Source of the DNA: Octopus sinensis
Lineage: Eukaryota
Assembly (NCBI RefSeq): GCF_006345805.1
Contig: NC_043020.1
Span: 17,484,001-17,548,000 of the forward strand
DNA: 64,000 nucleotides
Reading direction: 5' to 3'
The notes beneath the pieces are model-generated. The model saw only the letters and a program-made list of their open reading frames with translations, did not search any database and was not told the DNA's origin. Shown piece by piece: positions 37,926-51,123 of the stretch (positions within the stretch are counted from its first letter, which is position 1; the number at the start of each line of letters is the position of its first letter). Position numbers and translations under genes: made by a program.

Positions 37926-39474
37926 ATTATCTGCTCAGATGGCTACAGTGGTTTAACACTTCCTATATATTATTTTGAACCCATAAGAATTGAGTAAAAA
38001 AAAAGTTCCTTAACCATAGGAGTGGCTGTGTGGTAAGTAGCTTGCTTACCAATGGCATGGGTTGGACATCTTGACTGGAGCTGGTACAGTTAGCTGTCAC
38101 TCCTGGCTCCATTGTCTGTTCCGACATGGTTTCTACAGCTGGATGCCCTTCCCAATGCCAACCACTCCACAGAGTACTGGGTGCTTTTTATGTGGCACCA
38201 GCACTGGTATCAATTCTCCTGTGGCAGATAGGCTTTCTTGAGTATATGTCTTTGTGTTTGTCTCCCATCACCACCTGACAACTGGTGTTAGTTTATTTAC
38301 ATCCTTGTGAAATAGTGGTTTGGCAAAGGGGCACTAATAGTGCGAATACCAGTCTTTAAAAACAAAATAAGCACAAGGGTCAATTTGTTTGATTAAATTC
38401 TTCAAGTGGCATCCCTGAATAGCCACAGTCCAATGGCTGAAACTAGCAAAAGACAAGAGGAGTAATCTGGGCCTTTCTATGGGGTTTCTCTAAATTACCC
38501 TATTGAGTGAGTTTTCTTGTTGAAATTTTTATTGTTAAATTTTTTTTCTTTTCATCAACTTCCTTTTATTCTATGTAGACCCTATTTTTGGTGTCCTTGT
38601 ATTTCATCTTTGTATTGTCTTCCATGTCTTCAGCCAGTGCTTAAGCACAGGAGTGGCTGTGTGGTAAGTAGCTTACTTACCAACCACATGGTTCCAGGTT
38701 CAGTCCCACTGCGTGGCATCTTGGGCAAATGTCTTCTACTATAGCCTCGGGCCGACCAAAGCCTTGTGAGTGGATTTGGTTGACGGAAACTGAAAGAAGT
38801 CCGTTGTATATATGTATATATATACATATGTGTATGTATATGTGTGTGTATGTTTGTGTGTCTGTGTTTGTCCGACCAACACCGCTTGACAACCGATGCT
38901 GGTGTGTTTACGTCCCTGTAACTTAGCTGTTCGGTAAAAGAGACCGATAGAATAAGTACTAGGCTTACAAAGAAAAAGTCCTGGGGTCGATTTGCTCGAC
39001 TAAAGGTGGTGCTCCAGCATGGCCGCAGTCAAATGACTGAAACAAGTAAAAGAGTAAAGAGAGTGTTACTCAAGTATCTGGATTGATGGAATTCATTTGT
39101 CCTCTCCCTTCAAAAGTTGGCTGTTGAAAAAAAAAAAGTCATCATCATAACCCTCTCCCCCCCACTCTTCCTTTAACATTTGTTTTCCCTGAGCTGGCAA
39201 GCATGTGAGCTGCACTAGATTCCAGTCTGATTTGGCTTGGTTTCTGCAGATGGATACCCTGCCTAACACCAACCACTTTACAGTGTGTGCTGGGTGCTTT
39301 TAATGTGGCACCAGCATGAGAACTGTTATATGGCACCAGTATGAATGCATTCTACATGGCACCAGTTCAGGACTCTTGCAAGTCAGGCCTCTTCCCCAGG
39401 GGATGCGGCCTTAACACTTCTGCTGTGGAGGATTGGTCTTCTTGAGTACAGTAAGGTGCCAGGTATCTTGGTCC

Positions 39475-39706
39475 AAGGCGGTGAGCTGGCAGAAATGTTA
39501 GCACGCCGGGCGAAATGCTTAGCAGTATTTCGTCTGCTGCTACTTTCTGAGTTCAAATTCCGCCGAGGTCAACTTTGCCTTTCATCCTTTCGGGGTCGAT
39601 TAAATAAGTACCAGTTATGCACTGGGGTCGATGTAATCGACTCAATCCATTTGTCTGTCCTTGTTTGTCCCCTCTGTGTTTAGCCCTTTGTGGGTAGTAA
39701 AGAAAT
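39475..39706 (+). mobile_element. SINE family B, full length
   Basis: 14-bp TSD aggtatcttggtcc (39461-39474, 39707-39720). Confidence 0.9.
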
Positions 39707-39808
39707 AGGTATCTTGGTCCCTTGTCATCTTGTGCGAAAGCTTCAGCATCCTGAGATCATCTTTGCAGTATTGTTCTGTCTTGTTGTTTTGGGTTCAATT
39801 CCTGTTTA

Positions 39809-40038
39809 CCCTTTAGCATTCAAATAGGCCATATCAGGCCCAAATATTCTACCTTTTTTATGTTTAAACTGGCCAGATCTAGCCACTTATACCTTCTCTC
39901 CAATATGATCCTAAAAATAAACAATCACATCATAAAAATCTCAGAGCTAGATTAATACAAAATAATGTGAACAAATAAGCCATTATTTGAACAAATAAGC
40001 CATTATCCATTTGACTGGATAATCTGAATACTAAAAGG
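39809..40038. mobile_element. piggyBac-type MITE family 2
   Basis: ccctttagcattc...gaatactaaaagg|ttaa. Homologous to 9743-10203. Confidence 0.65.
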
Positions 40039-40204
40039 TTAAGGTTCTTTCATTCTATTTTGGAGTTGATAAAATACAGGTCAAGTACTGCAATTACTGC
40101 CATCGATTAAACCACTCAACTCAAAATTATTGGCTTCGTTTCTAAATTAGAAACAATTATTATTGTCAGTTGAGTATGATTATTATTGTTATTATTATTA
40201 TTAG

Positions 40205-40445
40205 ACAGTATGAAGAACATGATGCAATTGCAATAGATGTTTTATTGGTTTGAATGATATTTCAACAGCTTGCCTGTCTTTGTCAAGTTCAAAATGAAAA
40301 ATGATACATAGAAATTCAAAAGTTCAACTTTTGAATTTCCATGTATTACTTTTCATTTTGAACTCAACAAAAACACGTAATCTGTCGAAATATCATTCAA
40401 ACCAATAAAATATTTATTGCAATCACATCGTGCTCTTTATATTGT
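40205..40445. mobile_element. Whole-length palindromic (fold-back) element
   Basis: The left and right halves are reverse complements about a centre at ~40325 (aaaagt-tca-actttt). Differences are mostly transitions. Confidence 0.85.
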
Positions 40446-40449
40446 TTGA

Positions 40450-41295
40450 GGGCTAGTGGAGGGAAAGTGTGACGACGTTCTCTGGGCGTTGATGAAGATC
40501 AACTAACCAGTCTGTTTCGGAGAACTTTCAGGCCTGGGCCAATGGATAACTTCCAGAAATCCCTTGCCTGGCAGTGCTACTGAGGGGCGCTGCCTGTTCG
40601 AGATATACTTTAAAAGCACGGAAGTGCCATGACTTGGGCCTGCCCGAAGTGTGCCCAGGACATTGAAACTGTTCTGCATGTCCTAGTCCAGTGCCCGAAT
40701 ATTGCTGACCTATGGGTTTATGTTGAAAACTTGTTGTTGTGTGTAGGACAGATCCGGCTATCAGCTGAATCTATTGTGAGGATTGCCCCACTGCCCTCTT
40801 TTGGCCAGAAGGGGCAAGCAATTTTTATTTGTCTAGTGGTTGTAGCGAAAGACGTAGTGTGGTGGACCCGTTTGAAAGGGCAAAAGACAGACACTTTCCT
40901 CTTTGACCAAACCCTCATCAACTTTTTCAAGTTTCACTTAAAAAAGAAGTTGAGGATGGAGAGGGAAGTGTTGCCTTGTATCAAGTTTGTTGAAAGGTGG
41001 GTGAACATTGAAAGAATGGCCAGTGTGAAAAGACCAATTCTGAGCATGCATCTATAAAAAGGGAATTAAAGGAGAAGGGCTCTTACCCTGTTGATCAGGC
41101 ATCTGTGGCTTTTGTAGGTTTTCCCACGAGGACCTTAAAGTGCCTCCCCTACTGGAGTGTTAATTTGTTTAATTTTTTATTGTTATACTTTATTTACACA
41201 TGGAAAACCCATTGTATTGTCCTGTTTTTGTCTTTTATGTTGTTGCATGTCCTTTAATGTTATTGTATGTGAGCCCTTGTGACTAATAAAAGAAT
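40450..41295 (+). mobile_element. Tx1/L1-clade LINE 3' end (zinc-finger-like C-terminus plus 3'UTR)
   Basis: ORF 40629-41057 begins CPKCAQDIETVLHVLVQC (CCHC zf-RVT-like). Upstream ..SLAWQC..GALPVRD. The 3'UTR ends taataaaag. Confidence 0.8.
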
Positions 41296-41541
41296 GAATT
41301 ATTATTATTAAGGCGGTGAGCTGGCAGAATCGTTAGTATGCTGGACGAAACGCTTTCTGGTATTTCACCTGTCTTTATGTTCTGAGTTTAGATTCAGCCA
41401 AGGTCAACTTTACCTTTCATCCTTTCAGGGTTGATAAAATAAGTACCAGTGAAATACTTGGGTTGATGTAATCAACTCATCCCCTCCCCTAAAACTGCTG
41501 CTCTTGTGGCAAAATTTGGAATCATTATTATTGTTATTATG

Positions 41542-41573
<32 letters not shown>

Positions 41574-42735
41574 GGCAGTTAGCTATCATACCAGACAAAA
41601 TACTTTGTAGCATTTCTTCCAGCAATTTCAGAGGAGGGTGTAAGTCAATTACATCGACCCCAGTGTGCAGCTGGTACTTATTTTATTGATTTCAAAAGGA
41701 TGAAAGGCAAAGTCAACCTCAGCAGAATTTGAACTCAGATTGTAAAGGCGAACGGAATGTTACTAAGCATTTTGTTTGACATGCTAACGATTCTGGCTTA
41801 TTATTGTTATTATTTTTAAGGTAGCTAGCTGGCAGAATTGTTAGCACACTGGACTAAATGCTTAGCAGCAATCATCCATTTCTACATCCACAGTTCAAAT
41901 TCTACCAAGGTTAAATTTACCTTTCATTCTTTCAGGGTTGATAAAATAAGTCCCAGTTGAGCACAGGGGTCAATCATCATCATATCATTGTTTAACGTCT
42001 GTTTTCCATGCTAGCATGGGTTGGACGGTTCAACTGGGGTCTGGGAAGCCAGAGGGCTGCACCAGGCCCAATCTAATCTGGCAGTGTTTCTACAGCTGGA
42101 TGCCCTTCCTAATGCCAACCACTCTGTGAGTGTAGTGGGTGCTTTTTACGTGCCACCTGCACAGGTGCCAGACGAGGCTGGCAAACGGCCAAAAACTAAT
42201 GCGTTCCCATGCCGAAATCAAACCCGGGCTGCCTGGGTGAAAGCCAGGTATCCTAACCACTAGACCACCAATTAACCCCTCACCCCTAAAAAATTGATAG
42301 CCTTGTGTCAAAATCTAAGAGAATTAAAGGTGGCAAGCTAACAGAATTGTTAGCATGCCAAGCAAAATTCTTAGTGGCATTTGATCCATCTTTACATTCT
42401 GAATTCAAATGCTACAGAGGTCGGCTTTGTTTTTCATCCTTTTGGAGTCAATAAAGTAAATGAGAGTTGAGCACTGGGCGTGATGTAATTGATTAGCCCC
42501 CTCCTCTAAAATTTCAGGCTTTGTACTTATTGTGGAAGGAATTGTTATTGTTATTAAGGTGGTGAGGTGGTGGAATCATTAGCATACCAGACAAAATGCT
42601 TAGTGACATTTTTTCCATCTTTATGTTCTGTGGTTGACTTTTTGCTAAGGAGCAATACAGTTCACTTACCCCTGCTCTGAAATTGCTGGCCATATGCCTA
42701 AATTCAAACTCATTATTGTCATTTTTATTTTTCAG

Positions 42736-43679
42736 GAAGAACAGAAACTGAATTACCTGAAGTCCGTAAGAACCAACTTACTTCAGGATTTGTTGATGAT
42801 TATCCTCTGGTATGGAACAAGTTCCGTTCGAAAGGCTACGTCACGTTATTTGCCGAAGACTGCCCTAGTCTTGGTGTATTCAATCTACGTTTCAATGGTT
42901 TCTACAATGCGCCGACTGACCACTACATGCGACCTTTCTGGCAAGCCATCAGTGAATCTGTGCTTGATGAAAGCAGCATCAACTTCTGTCTTGGCTCCAA
43001 ACCAAAGCATCAGTTCACTTTGGATTATCTCAAAGACTTTTTCCAGAAGTATAACAATGTATCCAAGTTCGCATTTGCTTTCCACGGAGAACTGTCTCAC
43101 AATGACAACAATCCTATCCAGTACCTGGACAAGGATCTGCTGACATTCTTTCAGTCCATGGAGAAGGGAAACTACTTAAACAACACCTTATTGATAGTTA
43201 TGAGTGACCACGGAGCACGATATGGCAGTGTACGCAACACAGTCCAAGGCAAGCTGGAAGAACGCCTGCCTTTCATGTCCTTCGTGTTCCCCAAGTGGTT
43301 TCAATTGAAATACTCATATTTTATGAAAAATCTGAGGGGCAATCAGGAGAGACTAGTGACACCATTTGACGTGCATGAGACAATGCTGGACATACTTGAC
43401 TCGACTCGTATGTTTGAACCTGTTGATTACTCGACTCGTGGTCTCAGTCTCTTGCAGCCAATCCCACTTAATCGAACATGCAAATCTGCTGGCATTGCTA
43501 TGCACTGGTGTAGCTGCCTGTCGAGATACCCTGTTGATCCTTCCACCCAGCTTGTACATTCATCAATGCAGAAAGTTATGTCCTACATTAGGACACTTCT
43601 GTTGCCTGTGAAACATTTGTGTGGTCAACTTTCACTGAAAAAAATATTCTCTGTCTATTTAGTGTCTCCGAATGAGAAG
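42736..43679 (+). CDS. DUF229 family protein, coding exon 2
   Basis: Acceptor ttttcag|; the phase-1 join restores LLTG-RTETELP. It contains GYVTLFAED, GFYNAPTDHYMRPF, HGELSHND, MSDHGARYG and LEERLPF. Phase-0 donor AAG|GTTTGT. Confidence 0.93.
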
Positions 43680-44241
43680 GTTTGTACTGTTACATTTAAA
43701 TATATCTCCTTAGAAACTTGTTTGTACTTTACAGTTAGGTGTAAACATATTTAATGCAGAGAAAAAAAATCTAAAACATGAGCAAGTCCAGTGAAATCAA
43801 TACTTCTGAAGAGGTCTAATAAAACCAAAACATGTTCAGTGTTGTCTCTCCTACTTTTGAAAATGATTATCTTTTATTATGCATTGAGAAAATGCTTTCT
43901 TCTCACCATAGTCAGATTTGTTTTCTCTACATTAAATATGTTAACTCCTACTTTTGATTTTCAGACAAACAGTGGCCCTGAGTAATAAAAAACTGTGTTT
44001 TGTTTTTTCATAATGAGCAAATGGTAGGTGCACATGGAGGTAGTGAAATAGGGTGTAGCAAATGTCTCCATGTAAAACAGGGTGTCATAAATTTAAACAT
44101 GTATCCTGATGAAATATAAAACTAAAACTTGTATCTTCAGATTTAGTTTGTGTGAAGCAGAATAGGAGATATATCTTTCTTGAGATAGGAGGCCCAGTTA
44201 CATGCAGCTAATATCCCTTACAAGTAGCAAAATTAAATACT

Positions 44242-44244
<3 letters not shown>

Positions 44245-44297
<53 letters not shown>
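44245..44297. repeat. (ATT)n microsatellite
   Basis: Seen directly. Confidence 0.95.
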
Positions 44298-44298
<1 letters not shown>

Positions 44299-45448
44299 TA
44301 TGTTTGACTTTTGCTTTATATTTGTACAAGTTGGCTCCAAGTCTCACCTAGAGACCTCAAGAGACAACAGGTTGGAAGTTCATGCTGTTGTTATGCCTAG
44401 TGTGCCATATATTTGGTTTTGTTTTGGTGTTGTACTAGTGAATGTCCAAAAAAAAAAAAATGTTTGTTTTAAACCCTGAGATTACATAGAAAGTATTTTG
44501 CGTAGGATACGAGCAGTTCCCATGAGCACTATCTTTTGAATTTCTGCCATTTTGGGGTTTCCTATTATTATTATTATCATCATCATCTTCATCTTCTTCT
44601 TCTAGTTAGCCTCCTCAGGTATTAAAAGTTTCAGAAGTACACCAGGTTGATTCAGTCAACAAAACTCTCTCTCTCTCTCCCCCTCTCTCCTGTAAAAATA
44701 TTCAGTCTGTTGGTTCATTGTAGCAGATTATACTGTTTTATTTTTATAGTCAAAATTTTTTTTATAAATTTTAATAACATATAAACATTTAAAACATTTA
44801 AATTTAAAAAAGAGAAACAATTTTTTGTTTTCTTACCTTTAACATATGTCTTTGGATTGATTATCTGTTCCAGAATTGATCTTTGTTAATTCTGAACACT
44901 TCAGATAATCTTTATGTACAAAAGGCGGCAAAAAAAACAAACAAACAAAAAAATCAATGCAACTGACTTAAACAAAAGCAAAATATATATTTCAGAATTG
45001 ATTAAATCAACAAAACTGGTTTATTTACTTTCCTTTTAATGATTTTTAGTTTTTGAGAAATGGTTTATGGAGCAGCAGATGGCTGTCATAGTTAGCTCAA
45101 TTAGCAAACAGACCTATGATTAAGGGCATTCCAGCGATGACCAGGAATTACTAAATTGTCCATTGTCATCTTCCTCCTTCATTTCAAATTGTACAAACTT
45201 GTCTGCTGTCATTTCTAGCAGGCAACTACATACAGGCTCTCTTGTTGTTTAACCTATTCTTTTACTTGTTTCAGTCGTTTGACTGTGGCCATGCTGGAGC
45301 ACCGCCTTTTAGTTGAGCAAATCGGCCCCAGGACTTACTCTTTGTAAGCCCAGTACTTATTCTATCGGTCTCTTTTGCCAAACCACTAAGTTACAGGGAC
45401 GTAAACATACCAGCACTGGTTGTCAAGCAATGTTGGTGGGGGGGGGGA

Positions 45449-45486
<38 letters not shown>

Positions 45487-45718
45487 CAGCAGGCTTCTTT
45501 CAGTTTCCATCTACCAAATCCACTCACAAGGCTTTGGTCAGCCCGAGGCTACAGTAGAAGACACTCACCCAAGGTGCCATGCAGTGGGACTGAACCCGGA
45601 ACCATGTGGTTGGTAAGCAAGCTACTTACCACACAGCCACTCCTACGCCTATCAATCTTCTTAATCAATCTGATCCAACAGATCTATGATCAAATGTATT
45701 CTGATTATGCCCATCCTG

Positions 45719-45770
<52 letters not shown>

Positions 45771-46301
45771 TTATTGAAAACAAAGTTATTTTGTTCCACA
45801 TGGGTAGACAAATAGGAGAAATAGAAGTTGAAAATACACTGTGAATAGCTAAAATATTTCTTTTATTATTATAATTAAAGACTCAACTGGTTTCACAGAG
45901 AATAGTTAAATAGCCTGGTTAAGCTATTCAATTCAGGCTGGCCAGTTCCTGTTAAATCATCTAACCCATTCTAGCAAAAAAAAAATGTTAAATGATGATC
46001 GGGGAAAGATGGTAATTGGCAGAATTTGTAATTTCCACAAATTCCAGGCCTTGTCCCTGGTGGTTTGTTTTAGTTCTTTACATTCTTAGTTCAAATACCA
46101 TTGCGATCCAATTACTTTTCCTCCTCCAAGCATTGATAAAACACCAGTCAAGTACTTCTTACCTTCCACTTATCGTGTCTTGATTGCAGGGTCAAGTGTG
46201 GGAAGATCATAAGGGGTACCTGTATCAAACTGTGAGGAAATAGCAGCTAAAATATTAGTAAAAGGTGTGATGTATGTTGATAACAAGTCCTACTTGTTTA
46301 A

Positions 46302-46973
46302 CCCTTTCGTTACCAACCCGGCTGAAACTGCCTCTGGTTCTGTAGTACAAATGTCTTGTTTTCATAAGTTTTGAATTAAAGTCTTCCACCGAACCTTATT
46401 TCTTTATTGCCCACAAGGGGCTAAACATAGAGAGGACAAACAAGGACAGACAAAAGGATTAAGTCAATTACATCGACCCCAGTGTGTAACTGGTACTTAA
46501 TTTATCGATCCCGAAGGGATGAAAGGCAAAGTCGAACACGGTAGAATTTGAACTCAGAACGTAACGGCAGATGAAATACCTATTTCTTTATTACCCACAA
46601 GGGGCTAAACATAGAGGGGACAAACAAGGACAGACAATGAGATTAATCGATTACATCGACCCAGTGTGTAACTGGTACTTAATTTATCGATCCCGAAGCA
46701 AAGTCGACCACGGCAGAATTTGAGCTAAGAATGTAACGGCAGATGAAATTCCGCTAAGCTTTTCGCCAGGCATGCTAACGTTTCTGTCAGCTCTCCGCCT
46801 AACCTTAGTCACCAAACCTTAGTCACAAACCCTTGGTCACCAAACCTTAGTCACAATTTATGTTCCTAACACTAGCTGAATGATAACTAAGATATTTTGC
46901 TAAATTCTTTGTGATATTTAAAGTAATTGAAAGAAACATGGAGCATCCCAAAATAAATACAGTAATGAAAGGG
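46302..46973 (+). mobile_element. piggyBac MITE family 1 interrupted by a minus-strand SINE B dimer (46398-46800)
   Basis: TTAA at 46298-46301 and 46974-46977. MITE sequence resumes at aaccttagtcac. Confidence 0.88.
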
Positions 46974-46994
46974 TTAACAAAGAATATTACTCTA

Positions 46995-47665
46995 AAGGTG
47001 GCAAACTGGCAGAATTGTTTGCACTCCAGGCAAAATGCTTAGCAGTATTTCATCCATCTTTACATTCTGAGTTCAAATTCCACCGAGGTCGACTTTGTCT
47101 TTCATCCTTTCAGGGTCAATAAAATAAGTACCAGTTGAATACTGGGGTTGATTTAATCAACTTAGTCCCTCCCTCAAACTTGCTGCCTTGTGCCAAATTT
47201 TGAAACTATTGTTGTTGTTATTATTATTATCGTTAACTGTGAGCTGGTAGAATTGCTAGCACGCTGGGAAAACTGCTTAGTGACCTTTCATCCATATTAT
47301 TATGTTCTGCATTCGGATTCTTTTGAGATCGACTTTGGCCTTTCGTCCTCTTTAGGGGTTGATAAAATAAGTATCTGTTGAGCACTGGGGTTGATGTAAT
47401 CAACTTACTCCCTACACCAAAAATTGCTGGCCTTGTGTCAAAATTTGAAACCATTATTATTTAAGAAAGCAAGTTGGCAGAATTGTTAGCATGCCAGGCA
47501 AAATGCTTAATGGGATTTTCTCTGTCCTTATGTTTTGAGTTCAAATTCCTCTGAGGTTTACTGTCTTTCGTCCTTTCAAGGGTTGCTAAGGTACCAGTTG
47601 AGCACTGGGGTTGATGTAATCAATTAGCCCCGTCCCCAAACTTGCTGGCCTTGTGCCAAAATTTG
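46995..47665 (+). mobile_element. Cluster of head-to-tail degenerate SINE B-like copies
   Basis: Repeated (gc)tggcagaattg..tagca heads at ~47000, 47240 and 47470. Similar clusters lie at 41310-41970 and 48447-49010. Confidence 0.75.
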
Positions 47666-47684
47666 AAACCAATTCTTTTATTAT

Positions 47685-47972
47685 TAACTATTATTATTGT
47701 TGTAATTGTTATTATTATTATCATCATCATTATTATTATTATCATTATTATTATTATTATTATTATCATTATTATTATTATCATTATTATTATTATCATT
47801 ATTATTATCATCATTATTATCATTATTATTATTATCATTATATTATTATTATTATCATTATTATTATTATCATTATTATTATTTTTTTGTTATTATTATT
47901 ATTATTATCATCATTATTATTATCATTATTATTATCATTATTATCATCATTTTTATTATTATTATTATTATT
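47685..47972. repeat. Long (ATT/ATC)n microsatellite abutting the exon 3 acceptor
   Basis: Seen directly. Confidence 0.97.
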
Positions 47973-47982
47973 CAAATTGCAG

Positions 47983-48252
47983 GTTCTGAAATTTATTAGT
48001 TCCAAGGATCCTGATAACCGAATTGCTAACTTCAGCCGGCAGACACTGCTGGATACCATCAATTACCAACTGACCTTTGAGACAAAACCAAACAATGGCC
48101 TTTATGAAGCCAGCGTAAAGGTCAACCTTGAAAACCAAAATTTCCAAGTTTTCCCTGAAATCAGCCGTCTCAACAAATATGGCGATGAACCAAACTGTAT
48201 CAGTGAGAAATTCCCAGATCTTCGAAAATATTGCTATTGTAAGAATGTTTGA
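47983..48252 (+). CDS. DUF229 family protein, coding exon 3 (terminal)
   Basis: Acceptor ttgcag|GTT, phase 0. It ends ISRLNKYGDEPNCI..DLRKYCYCKNV*, the characteristic DUF229 C-terminus. Spliced CDS is 3585 nt (1194 aa). Confidence 0.92.
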   Translation, partial: VLKFISSKDPDNRIANFSRQTLLDTINYQLTFETKPNNGLYEASVKVNLENQNFQVFPEISRLNKYGDEPNCISEKFPDLRKYCYCKNV

Positions 48253-49021
48253 GAAGCAGTGGTGCTGGTGATGGTGGTGTGATGACCCCCACAGGGCAAA
48301 GTGCAGTGGACTGATCACTACATTCTTTCTGTTCCATTTTACCATCATTGATATTACTATCATCATCATCATCATCATCATAATGTTATTCATTTCTTTA
48401 AAAAATCCAATGGTCTGTGTAAATATTATTACCATTATTTATTATTAAGGCAGCGAGGTGGCAGAATCATCAGCACACCAGGCAAAATGCTTAGCGGTAT
48501 TTCGTCTGTTGCAGTATTTCTGGGTTCAAATTCTGCTGAGGGCAACTTTACCTTTCATCTTTTTGGCGTTTATAAATTAAGTACCAATTAAGTACTGGGG
48601 TTAATGTAATTGGCTAGCCCCATCTCCGGGAATTCCAAGCCTTATACCTATAGTAGAAAGTATTATTATCAATATGGTGGCAGGCTGGTAGAATCATTAG
48701 CAAGCCAGGCATTTTGTCTGCCTTTACGTTCTGAGTTCAAAATTCACCGGGGTCAAAATTACCTTTCGTGTTTTGGGGGTCAATAAAATAAGTACCAGTT
48801 GAGTACTGGGGTTGATGTAATCGATTTAATCCTTCTTCTGAAATTGCTGGGCTTGTGCCAAAATTTGAAATCATTATTATTATTATTATTATTATTAAGG
48901 TGGTGAGTGGGCAGAATATGTACCACTTGAACATTGGAGTCAATATTATCAACTTACCCCCTCCCCTGAAACTCCTGGCCTTGTGTCAAAAATTTGAAAT
49001 CATCATCATTATTATTATTAA

Positions 49022-50094
49022 CCCTTTCGTTACTATATTTCTGACCAAAATACACCCCTTATGTGTTTCAATTAATTTCTAACATAATCATAAATTTAGT
49101 CTGGTTTCATTAAAAAACTATAACTTTATTTATCAATATATTAACGTGAATTTTGGAAGATAATTTAATGAAATGTTCTCAACCAATTCTATACTATAAT
49201 TTTTGTCACAAAGTGACTCTAATTGCAGGTAGATACAGGTAAATTCAACAAAATATAAAATTATTAAAATTTTGTTCAAACATCGCTATAGAAAATGGGT
49301 TATTAGCTAATATTCAATTGGGTATACAACAAAATTTTACGATAGAATTTGTTATTCTGGGTAACTTTCTGATACCCATAATAATATTTATGGCAAAATA
49401 GTCTTAATTTCATTTAAGGTTATGGGAAACCACAAACTATCCTTTCTTTCGTTTTGTTTACATTTAGCGTAACGGTTCGTTTCCACCGTAATGATTTCAA
49501 ATAGGCTCATTCGAAAAAGTAAAACGAAATAGTCTAAGGCTTTACTCTTCTGGGAAAGTCTGTGGCTTGGTCAAGTTTCTTCAGAAAAATCACCGAAAGA
49601 AACAGTTTTTAAATTTTCACTCCATTCAGGGGCCAATTCATTTTCTTTATCGTTGTCGGAGCTCTCGGATTCACTGTTTTCACTTTCGGAAAATGAAACA
49701 TCAGATTCATTATCAAATACCACATGCTTTTTTTTTTCAGTCATAGAGTTAGATTTATGAAGGTCTTCAGTAGAAAATCCTTTGAATTCTGACTCGCTGC
49801 TTGATATAATGAAATTCGTATCCATTTTTTGTCAGAATTACAAATTTTTGAAAACACAATAGGAACAAATTTCGGAAAAAATCTCCCAAAATTCACGGAA
49901 TTAAAATTACACTTCGATTTTTGTACAAAACTGTAGTTGAACTCTTTACGAAGTATAATACGTATTTTCACGAATGTACTAAAGAGATTTGCTCTGATAT
50001 TCTCATTTAAATATGAATAGGTAAATTCGGGCGGCTTTGGGCGGTTTGGTCACATTAACCAAAATTTTTTTCGGGCGGTTTGGTAACGAAAGGG
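49022..50094 (-). mobile_element. Internally deleted piggyBac transposon (1073 bp)
   Basis: TTAA TSDs and ccctttcgttac TIRs are present. ORF 49571-49825 encodes an acidic N-terminus (SSSESEF.GF...DNESD...PEWS..) continuing ET*PSHRL, like piggyBac transposase N-termini. Subterminal gggcggtttggt repeats are present. Confidence 0.85.
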
Positions 50095-50730
50095 TTAAGG
50101 AAGCGAGCTGGCAGAATCATTAGCTTACTAGGTGAGATGCTTAGCATTATTTTGTCTGTCTTCACAGTCTAAGTTCAAATTCCACCATATCGACTTTGCC
50201 TTTCATCCTTTCAGGGTCGATAAATTAAATCTTTCTATTTGTTTACAGCTTTTGTTGTTTGCTCTTTTTCTCCATAGTTGTCAGGTACTATGGTCTCTTT
50301 CTTGTATTTTTCGGCTTCCTTGAAAGCAGAAAACAGTTTTTGTTTTGCTCATGCTTTGCAGCTTTTTGTACCAGTTTTCCTTGGTTCTAAGTTAGATATT
50401 TCTGTAATCCTATTGTGGATATTTTATAGTAGTTTTTCCACCTTCAATTCATTGATGTCTTGCAAACAACTTGCACATGCAAGTGCTACCAGTCAAAAAC
50501 TCCGCATACCAGAAGCCAGCAAGTGTATGGAGTCATTAGGAGAGAATGCGCACCATTCGGGGCCTACCTCTCGACGACATCAATACGCACTGATATGAGG
50601 CCCCACTTGCTAGATCAGCTGGTTATCAAATAAAGCTCATTATTCTTCTAGCCATCACTTATCGTCTCTTTCTTTGTCAGATTTTAGGTGACATATTTTA
50701 AATTCTGTCATTTAAAAAATTTTCTTGTCT

Positions 50731-50902
50731 AGGCGCAGGAGTGGCTGTGTGGTAAGTAGCTTGTTTACCAACCACATGGTTCCGGGTTCGGTCCCACTGC
50801 GTGGCACCTTCAGTAAGTGTCTTCTACTATAGCCTTGGGCCGACCAAAGCCTTGTGAGTGGATTTGGTAGACGGAAACTGAAAGAAGCCCGTCGTATATA
50901 TG

Positions 50903-50937
<35 letters not shown>

Positions 50938-51123
50938 TTGTGTGTCTGTGTTTGACCACCGATGCTGGTGTGTTTATGTCCCCGTTACTTAGCAGTTCGG
51001 CAAAAGAGATTGATAGAATAAGTACTGGGCTTACAAAAGGATAAGTCCCGGGGTCGAGTTGCTTGATTAAAAAGGCGGTGCTCCAGCATGGCCGCAGTCA
51101 AATGACTGAAACGAGTAAAAGAG
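50731..51123 (+). mobile_element. SINE family A, full length
   Basis: Complete copy. Another lies at 53716-54125. Confidence 0.88.

Noticed and set aside
42694-43143. Separate 149-aa gene overlapping exon 2
   Set aside because: It is an alternative frame of the DUF229 exon, starting in a SINE-derived intron segment, with no recognisable domain.
43680-43754. C-terminal tail of ORF 42927-43754 as real protein end
   Set aside because: It lies after a good donor site, and the conserved DUF229 C-terminus is encoded by exon 3.
47642-47982. Poly-Ile/Tyr/Leu N-terminal coding extension of exon 3
   Set aside because: This is a triplet microsatellite. The DUF229 frame is completed by splicing 43679 to 47983.
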